Notes under the pieces: model-generated
The model's input: the letters and a program-made list of their open reading frames with translations, nothing else
What the model was told of the DNA's origin: nothing
Databases searched by the model: none
Shown here: piece after piece, positions 9,880-18,539 of the stretch
Layout: each line of letters opens with the position of its first letter
Position numbering within the stretch: the stretch's first letter is position 1
Source of the DNA: an uncultured Candidatus Rokubacteria bacterium
GTDB lineage: Bacteria > Methylomirabilota > Methylomirabilia > Rokubacteriales > CSP1-6
Length of the DNA: 64,000 nucleotides
Direction: 5' to 3'
Assembly (NCBI GenBank): GCA_963758635.1
Contig: CAVWWD010000005.1
Location: forward strand, 672,001 to 736,000
Made by a program: the position numbers and the translations under genes

Positions 9880-11037
9880 ATGGCCAAGAACGGCTTTCGC
9901 GTGATGGACAGCGACCTCCACACCATGGAGCCCGACGGGCTCTGGGAGAAGTACCTGGACCCGCCGTTCCGGAAGTTCGCCCCGCAGTTCGTGCGGAGCG
10001 CGGACGGCGCCTCCAACCAGCCGGTGATCAAGATCGGCCCGCTCGAGCTGGCCGAGATGTCCAAGCGCGCGCGCACCGCCGCCGTGGGCAAGGACCTCCA
10101 GCGCCGCGCCTTCGCCCGGCACCCTCACTACGAGGTCGCCCACGCCCGCGGCTACGACCCGGAGTCGCACGTGCAGGCCATGGACATCGAGGGCATCGAC
10201 GTGGGCGTGCTCTACGGCACGCGCGGCCGGCAGGTGCTCATGCACGACGACCACCAGCCCGAGGTCGCCTCCGCGCTGGCCCGCGCCCACAACAACTGGA
10301 CGCACGACTTCTGCCAGTTCCGGCCCGACCGGCTCCGCTTCGCCGCCCAGCTCGCGTTCCACGACATCCCGGGGGCGATCGCGGAGGCGCGGCGCGCGGT
10401 GCGTGAGCTGGGCGCGGTCGCCGTCATCGGCAACCCCAACCCGATCGCGGGCCGCCACATCCACGATCCCGCGTTCGAGCCGCTCTGGAGCGCCATCGAG
10501 GAGCTGGGCGTGCCCGTCGGGTTCCACCCGACCGGCCAGTCGTCGCTCGAGGCCGACCTCGCGCGCCGCTACCTGGACACGCCCAACGGCCGCGTCATCG
10601 GCGTGGCCGGCCGAAACCCCGTGGAGCTGATGATGGCCTTCGCGAGCATGGCCGCGGGCGGTGTGCTCGAGCGCCACCCCGGCCTCCGCTGCGCGTTCCT
10701 CGAGGGCACGTGCGGGTGGCTGCCGTGGTGGCTGTGGCGGCTCGACGAGGCGTGGGAGAAGTTCGGACCGGGGTCGGAGGTGCAGATCAGCCGGATGCCG
10801 AGCGAGTACTTCCACCGCCAGTGCTTCATCGCCACGGACTCGGACGAGAAGCCGCTGTCCCAGGTCATCGAGGCCATCGGCGACGACAACATCGTCGTCT
10901 CGACCGACTACCCGCACTCCGACGGGCTGTTCCCGGTGGCCATCGAGGAGTTCACGAAGCTGGAGGGCGTATCCGAGCGATCTAAAAAGAAGATCCTCTG
11001 GGACAATTGCGCCCGGCTCTACGGCTTTACGCGCTGA
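9880..11037 (+). CDS. Amidohydrolase family 2 protein
   Basis: DSDLHTME metal motif, ARAHNNW, GFHPT, FLEGTCGW, STDYPHSD, WDNCARLY. Confidence 0.9.
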   Translation: MAKNGFRVMDSDLHTMEPDGLWEKYLDPPFRKFAPQFVRSADGASNQPVIKIGPLELAEMSKRARTAAVGKDLQRRAFARHPHYEVAHARGYDPESHVQAMDIEGIDVGVLYGTRGRQVLMHDDHQPEVASALARAHNNWTHDFCQFRPDRLRFAAQLAFHDIPGAIAEARRAVRELGAVAVIGNPNPIAGRHIHDPAFEPLWSAIEELGVPVGFHPTGQSSLEADLARRYLDTPNGRVIGVAGRNPVELMMAFASMAAGGVLERHPGLRCAFLEGTCGWLPWWLWRLDEAWEKFGPGSEVQISRMPSEYFHRQCFIATDSDEKPLSQVIEAIGDDNIVVSTDYPHSDGLFPVAIEEFTKLEGVSERSKKKILWDNCARLYGFTR

Positions 11038-11069
11038 CGTAGCCTCTTCCGGACCGGCGCGCCAGCAGA

Positions 11070-11215
11070 GGGGCGGCGGGGCGGCACTCGGGGTCGCGGG
11101 GTGACGTTGCACGCGTGCGCTGCCCCGCTGGGACTGGGCTCCATCCGGGCGCTCGGGGTCCGACGCCGGTTGGAGGGGAAGCACCCCTCGACCCCGAGTG
11201 CCGCCCCGCCGCCCC
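11070..11215. repeat. 34-bp inverted repeat pair enclosing 78 bp (MITE/REPIN-like)
   Basis: GGGGCGGCGGGGCGGCACTCGGGGTCGCGGGGTG (11070-11103) is the reverse complement of 11182-11215 with one mismatch. Confidence 0.75.
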
Positions 11216-11437
11216 CCGCCAACCCGCTGGTGACTTCGGGGTGTCAGGCACTTGCGCAACGCCGACCGGCGGCGCCGTCGTCGGCGGTGCAACTTCGGGG
11301 TCAGGCACTCGCGCAACGCCAACTTCGGGGTCAGGCACTCGCGCCGCAACGCCGAACCGGCGGCGCCGTCGCGGCGCGGGGGAGCGCGCGTGGTGCTAGC
11401 CGGCGGGGCCCGCCCCCCGGCAACCCGCTGGTGACTT
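11210..11437. repeat. Cluster of REP-like direct repeats between convergent genes
   Basis: Three copies of ACTTCGGGGTCAGGCACTCGCGCAACGCC (11233, 11292, 11322) bracketed by a 27-bp direct repeat CGCCCCCCGSCAACCCGCTGGTGACTT (11210, 11411). Confidence 0.8.
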
Positions 11438-11446
11438 GGGTGCGCC

Positions 11447-13240
11447 TTACCAGGCCAGGGCGTAGGTGGGGCGGCGGGGGTCGGCGCCGGCCAGGAGCAC
11501 GCCGGTGGCGGGATCGCGGCGCGTGACCACCGCGCCGATCCCGCACGCGCCGATCTCGTTGACCGCGTGGCCCAGGTCCCGAAGCGCGGCACGAGTGGTC
11601 TCGGGGATCCCCGGCTCGACGTTGAGCTCCCCCGGCCGGTACGCGCGGGGATAGAACGAGTTGACGAGCGTCTGCGTGGAGAAGCGGGGCGCCTCCACCG
11701 CCTGCTGCGGGTTCATGCCGAACACCAGCGTGTTGAGCACGATCTGGAGATCGGCCTGGGCCTGGTCGTCGCCGCCCGGGCAGCCGATCGTGACCGTGGG
11801 CACGCCGTCCTCGCAGATGAGGTAGCTGATCAGGGTGGTGCGCGGCCGCTTTCCCGGGACGAGACCGTTCGGGTGGCCCTCCTCGAGCACGAACATCTCG
11901 CTGCGGGTGCTGAGCGTGCAACCCAGCTCGGGCGCGAACGCGGACTTCCTGAACACCCCGCCGCTCGGCGTGAGCGCCATCATGTTGCCGTCGCGGTCGA
12001 TCACGGCGATGTGCGTGGTGCCGTCGGGCACCGGCTCCGCCGGCGCGCCGAGCGCGGGCCGCATCGCGGCGCCGTTCACCGGCATCCCGTGCCCCCGCAG
12101 ATCGCCGGGGGCGGGCGCCTCCGACGCCGCGCGATCCATGCGGATGAGCGCGGCGCGCCCTCGCAGGTACGCGGGCGCCAGCAGCTCGGCCACGGGCACG
12201 GAGGCACGCTCAGGGTCGCCGTAGTAGCGCTCGCGATCCGCGAACGCGAGCTTCAGGGCCTCCACCACGCGATGGATGTAGGCCGGCGAGTTGTGCCCCA
12301 TCCCGCGAAGGTCGGCGGGGTCGAGCATGCCGAGCGCCTGCATGAGGACGGGCCCCTGCGTCCACACCGAGGGGCCGAGGATCTCGCGACCGGCGAACGT
12401 CACGCGCACCGGCGCCTCGATGCCCGCGCGGAAGCCGGCGAGGTCCTCCGCCCGCAGCAGCCCGCCCCAGAGCGAAGAGAACGCGCCGATGGCGGCGGCG
12501 ACGGGCCCGCGATAGAAGCACTCGCGCGCCGCCGCGATGCCCGCGGCGCGGGAGCCGCCCGCGCCCGCGTCGGCGGTGACGAGGCGCCGGAGCGTGGCCG
12601 CGAGCGCCGGCTGCACGAACAGCTCGCCCAGCGCCGGCGTCCGGCCGCCGGGGAAGAAGACCGCGGCGCCCCCCGGCGGGTAGAGGTCGAACTGGCTCCG
12701 CGTCTCCGCCGCGCCGAGCACCCGGTGCATGTACTCGTACATGGGGAAGCCGCGCTCCGCGTACTGGAGGGCCGGGGCGAGCGCCTCGGACACCGAGCGG
12801 GTGCCGTAGGTCTCGAGCACGGTCAGGTAGCCGTCGACGGCGCCCGGCACCGTGAACGACAGCTCGGCCTTCGGGCCGGGCCCGGTGGGGATGCGATCGA
12901 GCCCGCGGCTCCGGAACGCGTCGATGGTCGCCAGCGCCGGCGCGACGCCCTGGCCGCTGAGGACGCGGACCTCGCTCCGGCGCGCGTCGTGGATCATCGC
13001 CACGCACTCGCCGCAGAGCGTGTAGGACGCGGTGGGCTCGACCACCGCCGCCGCGAAGCCCGCGGCCACCGCGGCGTCGAACGCGTTGCCCCCGGCCAGG
13101 AGCATGCGCATGCCGGCCATGGACACCAGCGGATGCCCGGACGCCACCACGCCCTGCGTGCCGGACACGACGGGACGCGTGGTGGACCAGTCGGCGGTGT
13201 GATGCTCCATGTCGTGGAAGGCGCCGGGCGATGGGCTCAT
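11447..13240 (-). CDS. Gamma-glutamyltransferase family (Ntn-hydrolase) protein
   Basis: GGNAFDAAVAAG, TVPG, nucleophile region DGTTHIAVIDRDGN, PGKRPRTT, PGGD, GADPRR. Confidence 0.92.
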   Translation of the reverse strand: MSPSPGAFHDMEHHTADWSTTRPVVSGTQGVVASGHPLVSMAGMRMLLAGGNAFDAAVAAGFAAAVVEPTASYTLCGECVAMIHDARRSEVRVLSGQGVAPALATIDAFRSRGLDRIPTGPGPKAELSFTVPGAVDGYLTVLETYGTRSVSEALAPALQYAERGFPMYEYMHRVLGAAETRSQFDLYPPGGAAVFFPGGRTPALGELFVQPALAATLRRLVTADAGAGGSRAAGIAAARECFYRGPVAAAIGAFSSLWGGLLRAEDLAGFRAGIEAPVRVTFAGREILGPSVWTQGPVLMQALGMLDPADLRGMGHNSPAYIHRVVEALKLAFADRERYYGDPERASVPVAELLAPAYLRGRAALIRMDRAASEAPAPGDLRGHGMPVNGAAMRPALGAPAEPVPDGTTHIAVIDRDGNMMALTPSGGVFRKSAFAPELGCTLSTRSEMFVLEEGHPNGLVPGKRPRTTLISYLICEDGVPTVTIGCPGGDDQAQADLQIVLNTLVFGMNPQQAVEAPRFSTQTLVNSFYPRAYRPGELNVEPGIPETTRAALRDLGHAVNEIGACGIGAVVTRRDPATGVLLAGADPRRPTYALAW

Positions 13241-13458
13241 GAGCTCGGTCTCCTCGGCCGCGATCGTGTCACAGCGTCGCGCGCCTCGTCAAAGGGACAT
13301 CCGCGAGCACTCGACCATCGACCGCTACGACAAGCCGAAGACGGTGTGGGAAGCGGTGGCGCGCCCGCCGGCGCCGTGAGCCCGGCCGCCCCCGCGCTAT
13401 ACTCCCGGCGGGCGACGGCCCGGCGCCGAGAGCGCGGCCGCGCGACGGAGGGAATCCC

Positions 13459-15009
13459 ATGCCCCAGGCGTCCGGACGACGGAAGAACGTCCTCCTGATC
13501 GTGGTCGACCAGTGGCGGGCCGAGTGCCTGTCCTACCTCGGCCACCCGACGGTACGCACCCCGAACATCGACGCGCTGTGCGCGGCGGGCGTGACGTTCA
13601 AGAACCACTTCACCCAGGCCGTGCCGTGCGGGCCTGGGCGCGCCTCGCTGCTCACCGGGCTCTACATGATGAACCACCGCGTGGTGCAGAACTCGGTGCC
13701 GATGGACGCGCGCCACACCAATCTCGCTTGGGAGATGCGGCGGGCGGGCTACGAGCCCGCCCTGGTCGGCTACACGACGACCACGCCCGACCCGCGGGTG
13801 ACGCCGCCCGAGGACCCGCGCTTCCGGAACCTCGGGGCCCTCATGCCGGGCTGGCACCCGGTGGGCCCGTGGGAGCCGGAGAAGGCGCCGTACTTCAGCT
13901 GGCTGCGCGCCCGCGGCCACGCCGTGCCCGACGATCCCGAGGACATCTGGCTGCCCGCCGACGGACCGGGCGCCGGGGCGACGCGCTCGCCCTCGCGCAT
14001 CCCCGCCGAGCTGTCGGACTCCGCGTGGGCCACCGACTGCGCGCTCACCTACCTCTCGGGTCAGCGGACGCGGCCGTGGCTCCTGCACCTCGGCTACTAC
14101 CGCCCGCACCCGCCGTTCATCGCCCCTGCCCCCTACCACGCGCTCTACGACCCCGCCACGGTCCCGGCGCCCGTCCGCGCCGCCTCCGCGGAGGCGGAGG
14201 GCCGGCAGCATCCGCTCCTCGCGTACTACATGAAGGCGGTCAAGCAGTCGAAGTTCTTCCGCGACGGGCGCGGGCTCGGCTCGGCCATGTCGGAGGACGA
14301 GGTGCGGCTGATGCGGGCCGCGTACTACGCGCTCATCAGCGAGGTCGACGAGCACGTGGGCCGCGTCATCGCCTTCCTGCGCGAGACCGGACAGTGGGAC
14401 GACACGCTCGTGGTCCTCACGTGCGATCACGGCGAGCAGCTCGGCGACCACCACCTGCTCGGCAAGCTGGGCTACTTCGACGAGAGCTTCCGGATCCCGC
14501 TGGTGATCCGCGACCCCGTAGCGGAGGCGGACGGAAGCCGCGGCCGCGTGGTGGAGGCGTTCACGGAGACGATCGACGTGATGCCGACGATCCTCGAGTG
14601 GGTGGGCGCGCGGGTGCCCCGCCCCTCGGACGGGACGTCGCTCGCGCCGTTCCTGCGCGGGGAGACGCCGGAGAACTGGCGGCGGGAGGTCCACTACGAG
14701 TTCGACTTCCGCACCTACTTCGGCGACGTGCGCGAGCGCGCGCTGGGCCTGCACGTGGACCAGTGCTCGCTCGCGGTGATCCAGGACGCGCGGTACAAGT
14801 ACGTCCACTTCGACGCGCTGCCCCCGCTCTTCTTCGACCTCGAGGCCGACCCCGGCCAGTTCCGGAACGTGGCCGGCGATCCCGCGTACGCGTCGCGGGT
14901 CCTCGCCTACGCCCAGAAGATGCTGAGCTGGCGCCTGCACCACGCCGAGCGCACGCTCACGGGCTGGAGCGCGTCGCCCGAGGGCCTCGTCGACCGCAGC
15001 GCGGCCTGA
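13459..15009 (+). CDS. pehA: Phosphonate monoester hydrolase (sulfatase/alkaline phosphatase superfamily, Cys->FGly)
   Basis: NVLLIVVDQWRA, CGPGRASLLTGLYMMNHRVVQN, GYTTTTPDPR, YYRPHPP, DHGEQLGDHHLLGK; motifs closely resemble the Burkholderia/Rhizobium PMH enzymes. Confidence 0.8.
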   Translation: MPQASGRRKNVLLIVVDQWRAECLSYLGHPTVRTPNIDALCAAGVTFKNHFTQAVPCGPGRASLLTGLYMMNHRVVQNSVPMDARHTNLAWEMRRAGYEPALVGYTTTTPDPRVTPPEDPRFRNLGALMPGWHPVGPWEPEKAPYFSWLRARGHAVPDDPEDIWLPADGPGAGATRSPSRIPAELSDSAWATDCALTYLSGQRTRPWLLHLGYYRPHPPFIAPAPYHALYDPATVPAPVRAASAEAEGRQHPLLAYYMKAVKQSKFFRDGRGLGSAMSEDEVRLMRAAYYALISEVDEHVGRVIAFLRETGQWDDTLVVLTCDHGEQLGDHHLLGKLGYFDESFRIPLVIRDPVAEADGSRGRVVEAFTETIDVMPTILEWVGARVPRPSDGTSLAPFLRGETPENWRREVHYEFDFRTYFGDVRERALGLHVDQCSLAVIQDARYKYVHFDALPPLFFDLEADPGQFRNVAGDPAYASRVLAYAQKMLSWRLHHAERTLTGWSASPEGLVDRSAA

Positions 15010-15091
15010 CACGCCCAGACGTCATCCCGACGCGCCACCCGCGAGGCCGGCAGCTCGGGCGCGCCGGCATTCGGCGGGACGCCGACCCTCC

Positions 15092-16612
15092 TCAGGCGGC
15101 CGGGCGGCGGCCCCGTCCGCCGCGGCGGCGGCGGCGCGGCCCTCGGCGGTCCTGCGCCTTGGCGGCCGCCGGGGACGCCGTCGCGGCGCGGGCCGCCACT
15201 GCGGCGGTCTTCTCGTTGCCGGGGCCCGGCGCCTCGTCGTCCTCCTCCTCGACCTCCGGCCTGGGCGGGCGGTGACGCGAGGGCTGGATCTCGGGGGGCA
15301 GGATCGGCTGCGCCTCGTCTTCGTCCAGCCTCTCCTCGTCCAGCTTCTCCTCGTCTCGCGTCTCCTCGTCTCGCGTCTCCTCGTCTCGCTTCGCCTCGTC
15401 TCGCTTCGCCTCGTCCGGTTTCTGGGGCGCGGTGTCCTCGGCCGAGATCGGGACGGCAGCGGCGGCAGCGGGGGTCTCGCCGGTGAGCGTGATCATCCCG
15501 CTCGGGCTCACCGACAGCTCGCGGATCCGCCGGAGCCGCGTGATGAGCCGGGGCGATCCCGGCGTCCGCGCGAAGCCGCGCCGCTTCAGCTCTCGCGCCA
15601 GCGTGTCGATCAGGATGGCGCGCCCGCGCGCCTGCTGCACCAGCTCGCGGATCACGTGGATGATCTCGTCGTGGGGCGCGGTGTGGGGCTCGGCGGTGTG
15701 GGGCTCGGCGCTGCTGGCCGCGGCCACCGGGGCGAGGGCCGGCGCCGGCGCGGGCGCCGCCGGACGCGGCTCGGCCGCCGGCCGCGGCGCCGAGGCGGGC
15801 GCGGGCATCGGCCGCCCGTGGGAGCGTCCGCGCCGCCGACCCCGGTACCGCGCCGACGAGGCTGGCGCGGGCGCGGCGGGCTCGGGCACGGCGGGAGATC
15901 CTGAGAGCATCCGGTAGGACAGACGCTGGAAGTCGATCCCGAGCGCCGTGGCCACGTCGCCGACGGCGTCGAACGCCCGGTCGTCGGAGACGATCTGGAT
16001 GCGATCCCCGGGACGGGCCGTGCCGAGCCAGACGCCCGCGCTCACCGCGATGCGCAAGTCGCTCCAGTCGCGGACGCCGGTGGCGGGTGCGCTGTGGACC
16101 AGGTGCGCGCCGTGCCGGGACAGGAGGCGCGCGATCTCGTAGCCGATGACGCGCCAGTTGCCGACCGCGACGAAGTCCGTCCGGGAGCCGACGCGGTCCA
16201 GCGCGAGCTGGCGCATCACCCGCTCGACGTGCGGCACGTGGCTCGTGTTCTCCACGTCGAAGAAGATGGCGCGCCGCGAGGTGGGCCATGGCCGCTCGGG
16301 CACCACCACCACGCCGCGCGCGGCGTGCTCGACCTCGGGCGTGGCGAGCGCGAGGCCGTCGGGCAGCTGCGGCGGCGCGTCGTCGGCGGGCAGGATGTCG
16401 ATCGGCCCCGACGGGTCCGCGAGGACGAGCGGGGGAACGGCAAGCTCCATGGGGAGCGGGGGCGGCGGCGCCTCGGCGACGGCGGCGCGAGCCCGGCGCG
16501 GCGATGCCGGCCTGGCCGCGCGCGCCGGCTTGGCCGCGGGCGCCGGCTTGCCCGCGGGCGCCGGCTTGGCGGCGCGCCGGCGGGGACGCCGGGGGACGGA
16601 TTTCTTGCTCAT
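15092..16612 (-). CDS. NYN-domain (PIN-like) ribonuclease with a LOTUS/OST-HTH-like domain and low-complexity termini
   Basis: AIFFDVEN, AVGNW, RDWSDLRIAV, IVSDDRAF acidic NYN motifs; LARELKRRGFARTPGSPRL winged-helix-like segment. Confidence 0.7.
   Translation of the reverse strand: MSKKSVPRRPRRRAAKPAPAGKPAPAAKPARAARPASPRRARAAVAEAPPPPLPMELAVPPLVLADPSGPIDILPADDAPPQLPDGLALATPEVEHAARGVVVVPERPWPTSRRAIFFDVENTSHVPHVERVMRQLALDRVGSRTDFVAVGNWRVIGYEIARLLSRHGAHLVHSAPATGVRDWSDLRIAVSAGVWLGTARPGDRIQIVSDDRAFDAVGDVATALGIDFQRLSYRMLSGSPAVPEPAAPAPASSARYRGRRRGRSHGRPMPAPASAPRPAAEPRPAAPAPAPALAPVAAASSAEPHTAEPHTAPHDEIIHVIRELVQQARGRAILIDTLARELKRRGFARTPGSPRLITRLRRIRELSVSPSGMITLTGETPAAAAAVPISAEDTAPQKPDEAKRDEAKRDEETRDEETRDEEKLDEERLDEDEAQPILPPEIQPSRHRPPRPEVEEEDDEAPGPGNEKTAAVAARAATASPAAAKAQDRRGPRRRRRGGRGRRPAA
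15314..15415. repeat. Coding 15-bp tandem repeat (DEAKR/DEETR/DEEKL/DEERL)
   Basis: About 7 degenerate CTCGTC-anchored units with 15-bp period. Confidence 0.85.
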
Positions 16613-16710
16613 CGATGTTCTCCAATCATGTGGGACGCGGCGACTCCGGCGATTCTACACCGGGCCGCGCCAGCCGGCCCCGGTTCGGCGGGCCGATCGG
16701 CGTCCGCGGC

Positions 16711-16740
16711 TTGACGGGTAGAAGGCGCGGCGGATAGAGT
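16711..16740 (+). promoter_or_regulatory. Putative sigma-70 promoter
   Basis: TTGACG-N18-TAGAGT, 30 bp upstream of ATG 16771. Confidence 0.45.
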
Positions 16741-16770
16741 GCTCCGGAGAGCCGACCAAGGAGGATCGCC

Positions 16771-17391
16771 ATGTTCCGTGATCTCGTGACCTCGGTGGAG
16801 ACCCTGCGCGGTATCGTCGGCGGCGAGCCGAGCGAGGTGGCCCGGCGCAAGGAGCTGGCCGCGCTCGACCCGCACGCCCGCTCGTTCATCGCGCATTCCC
16901 CGTTCCTGCTCCTGGGCACGTCGGACGCCGCCGGCCACTGCAACGTCTCGCCCAAGGGCGACGCCCCGGGGTTCGTCCGCGTCCTCGACGACCACCACCT
17001 GGTGATCCCCGACCGGCCGGGGAACAAGCGCCTCGACGGCATGCGCAACATCCTGGCCAACCCGCACGTCGGCGTCATCTTCCTCGTGCCCGGCAACGAC
17101 TTCACGCTCCGCGTGAACGGGCGGGCCGTCATCACGCGGGAGCCCGAGCTGCTCGGCGCGCTTGCAGCAAAGGGCAAGACCCCGCTCCTCGCCATCGGCG
17201 TGGAGGTCGAGGAGGTGTTCCTCCACTGCGCGCGCTCGTTCCGCCGGGGCCGGCTCTGGGACCCCGCGGGGTGGCCCGGGCTCGAGGCCCTCCCCTCGAT
17301 GCCGTGCATGCTCTACGACCAGACGAACGGGGCCATGACGCTCGAGGCCCTGGAGGCGCGCAACGCCCAGTCCCTCGTGAACCTGTACTGA
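16771..17391 (+). CDS. Pyridoxamine 5'-phosphate oxidase-like FMN-binding protein (MSMEG_1061-like)
   Basis: FIAHSPFLLLGT, SPKGDAPGFV, PDRPGNKRLDG, TLRVNGRA, FLHCARS; AGGAGG RBS. Confidence 0.88.
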   Translation: MFRDLVTSVETLRGIVGGEPSEVARRKELAALDPHARSFIAHSPFLLLGTSDAAGHCNVSPKGDAPGFVRVLDDHHLVIPDRPGNKRLDGMRNILANPHVGVIFLVPGNDFTLRVNGRAVITREPELLGALAAKGKTPLLAIGVEVEEVFLHCARSFRRGRLWDPAGWPGLEALPSMPCMLYDQTNGAMTLEALEARNAQSLVNLY

Positions 17392-17502
17392 CCAAGTTGT
17401 GACGCAATGCGGACCTTGACCTCACCGGGCGGGCAACGCCACGATTCTGCGTCCACGCGCCGTGCCGTCGTGGCATCGCGTCGCCTCGACTGAAAGGCGC
17501 TC

Positions 17503-18513
17503 GTGCAGTTCGGCCTCTACAGCTCGATCGCGAATCCACCGCGCGGCGAGCACCTGGACCGCTGCGTGGACGAGGTCATCGCCGAGGCGCAGCTCGCGGA
17601 GGCGAGCGGCTTCGACTCCTGCTTCTTCGGCGAGCACCACCAGGATCGTGACGGCTTCCTGCCCTCGCCCCTCGTGGTCGCCACCGCCGTGGCCGCGCGC
17701 ACCGAGCGGCTGCGCGTGGGCACCTCGGTCATCCTGCTGCCGCTCCACCACCCGGTCCGGGTCGCCGAGGATGCCATCACGCTCGACATCGTGTCGAAGG
17801 GCCGCCTCGTCCTGGGCGTGGGCATCGGCTACCAGGAGACCGACTTCCGCGCCTTCGGCGTGTCGATGGCGGATCGCGTGGGACTGTTCGAGGAAGGCGT
17901 GGAGATCCTCCGCCGCTGCTGGGCGGGCGAGCGCTTCTCCTTCCGGGGCGCCCACCACACGCTCGAGGACGTGCAGATCACGCCGCGGCCGATCCAGCGG
18001 CCGGGGCCGCCGCTCTGGTTCGGCGGCAGCGTCCCCGCCGCGGCCCGCCGCGCCGGCCGCATGGCCGACGGCTTCGTGGGCACGCCGAGCACGACGCTCG
18101 AGAACACCCGCCGCCTGATCGACGCCTACCGCCAGGCCGCGGGGGAGGCGGGGCGGCCCGCCGAGATCGTGCTGATGCGCGACGCGTGGGTCGCCTCGAC
18201 GCGCGCCGAGGCGGAGGCGGTGTACGGTCCGGAGGTGATGGCCGCCTACCGGTACTACTGGGAGCACCGGCTCGCCGAGTTCAAGAACGTGCCCCCGGAC
18301 GCGCCCTTCACCCTGGAGAGCCTGGCCCCGAACCGGATCATCCTCGGCGATCCGGAGGCGTGCGTGCGCGAGTTCCGCCTCTGGCAGGAGGTGACGGGCG
18401 CCAGCTACTGTCTCCTGCGTCTCCGCCATGCCCACTCCGGCGGGCCCGCCCACGACAAGATCCAGGGCGCCATCAAGCTCTTCGGCGACCGCGTCCTCCC
18501 CTACTGCCGCTGA
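17503..18513 (+). CDS. LLM class flavin-dependent oxidoreductase
   Basis: GFDSCFFGEHH, HPVRVAEDAITLDIVSKGRL, GIGYQ, PRPIQRPGPPLW. Confidence 0.9.
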   Translation: MQFGLYSSIANPPRGEHLDRCVDEVIAEAQLAEASGFDSCFFGEHHQDRDGFLPSPLVVATAVAARTERLRVGTSVILLPLHHPVRVAEDAITLDIVSKGRLVLGVGIGYQETDFRAFGVSMADRVGLFEEGVEILRRCWAGERFSFRGAHHTLEDVQITPRPIQRPGPPLWFGGSVPAAARRAGRMADGFVGTPSTTLENTRRLIDAYRQAAGEAGRPAEIVLMRDAWVASTRAEAEAVYGPEVMAAYRYYWEHRLAEFKNVPPDAPFTLESLAPNRIILGDPEACVREFRLWQEVTGASYCLLRLRHAHSGGPAHDKIQGAIKLFGDRVLPYCR

Positions 18514-18539
18514 GCGCCGGCCGGGTCCGGCTCGAGCGG

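Noticed and set aside
11233..11353. Possible CRISPR array
   Set aside because: Only three copies, two directly abutting; intervening sequences are not unique or of uniform length; no cas genes in the window
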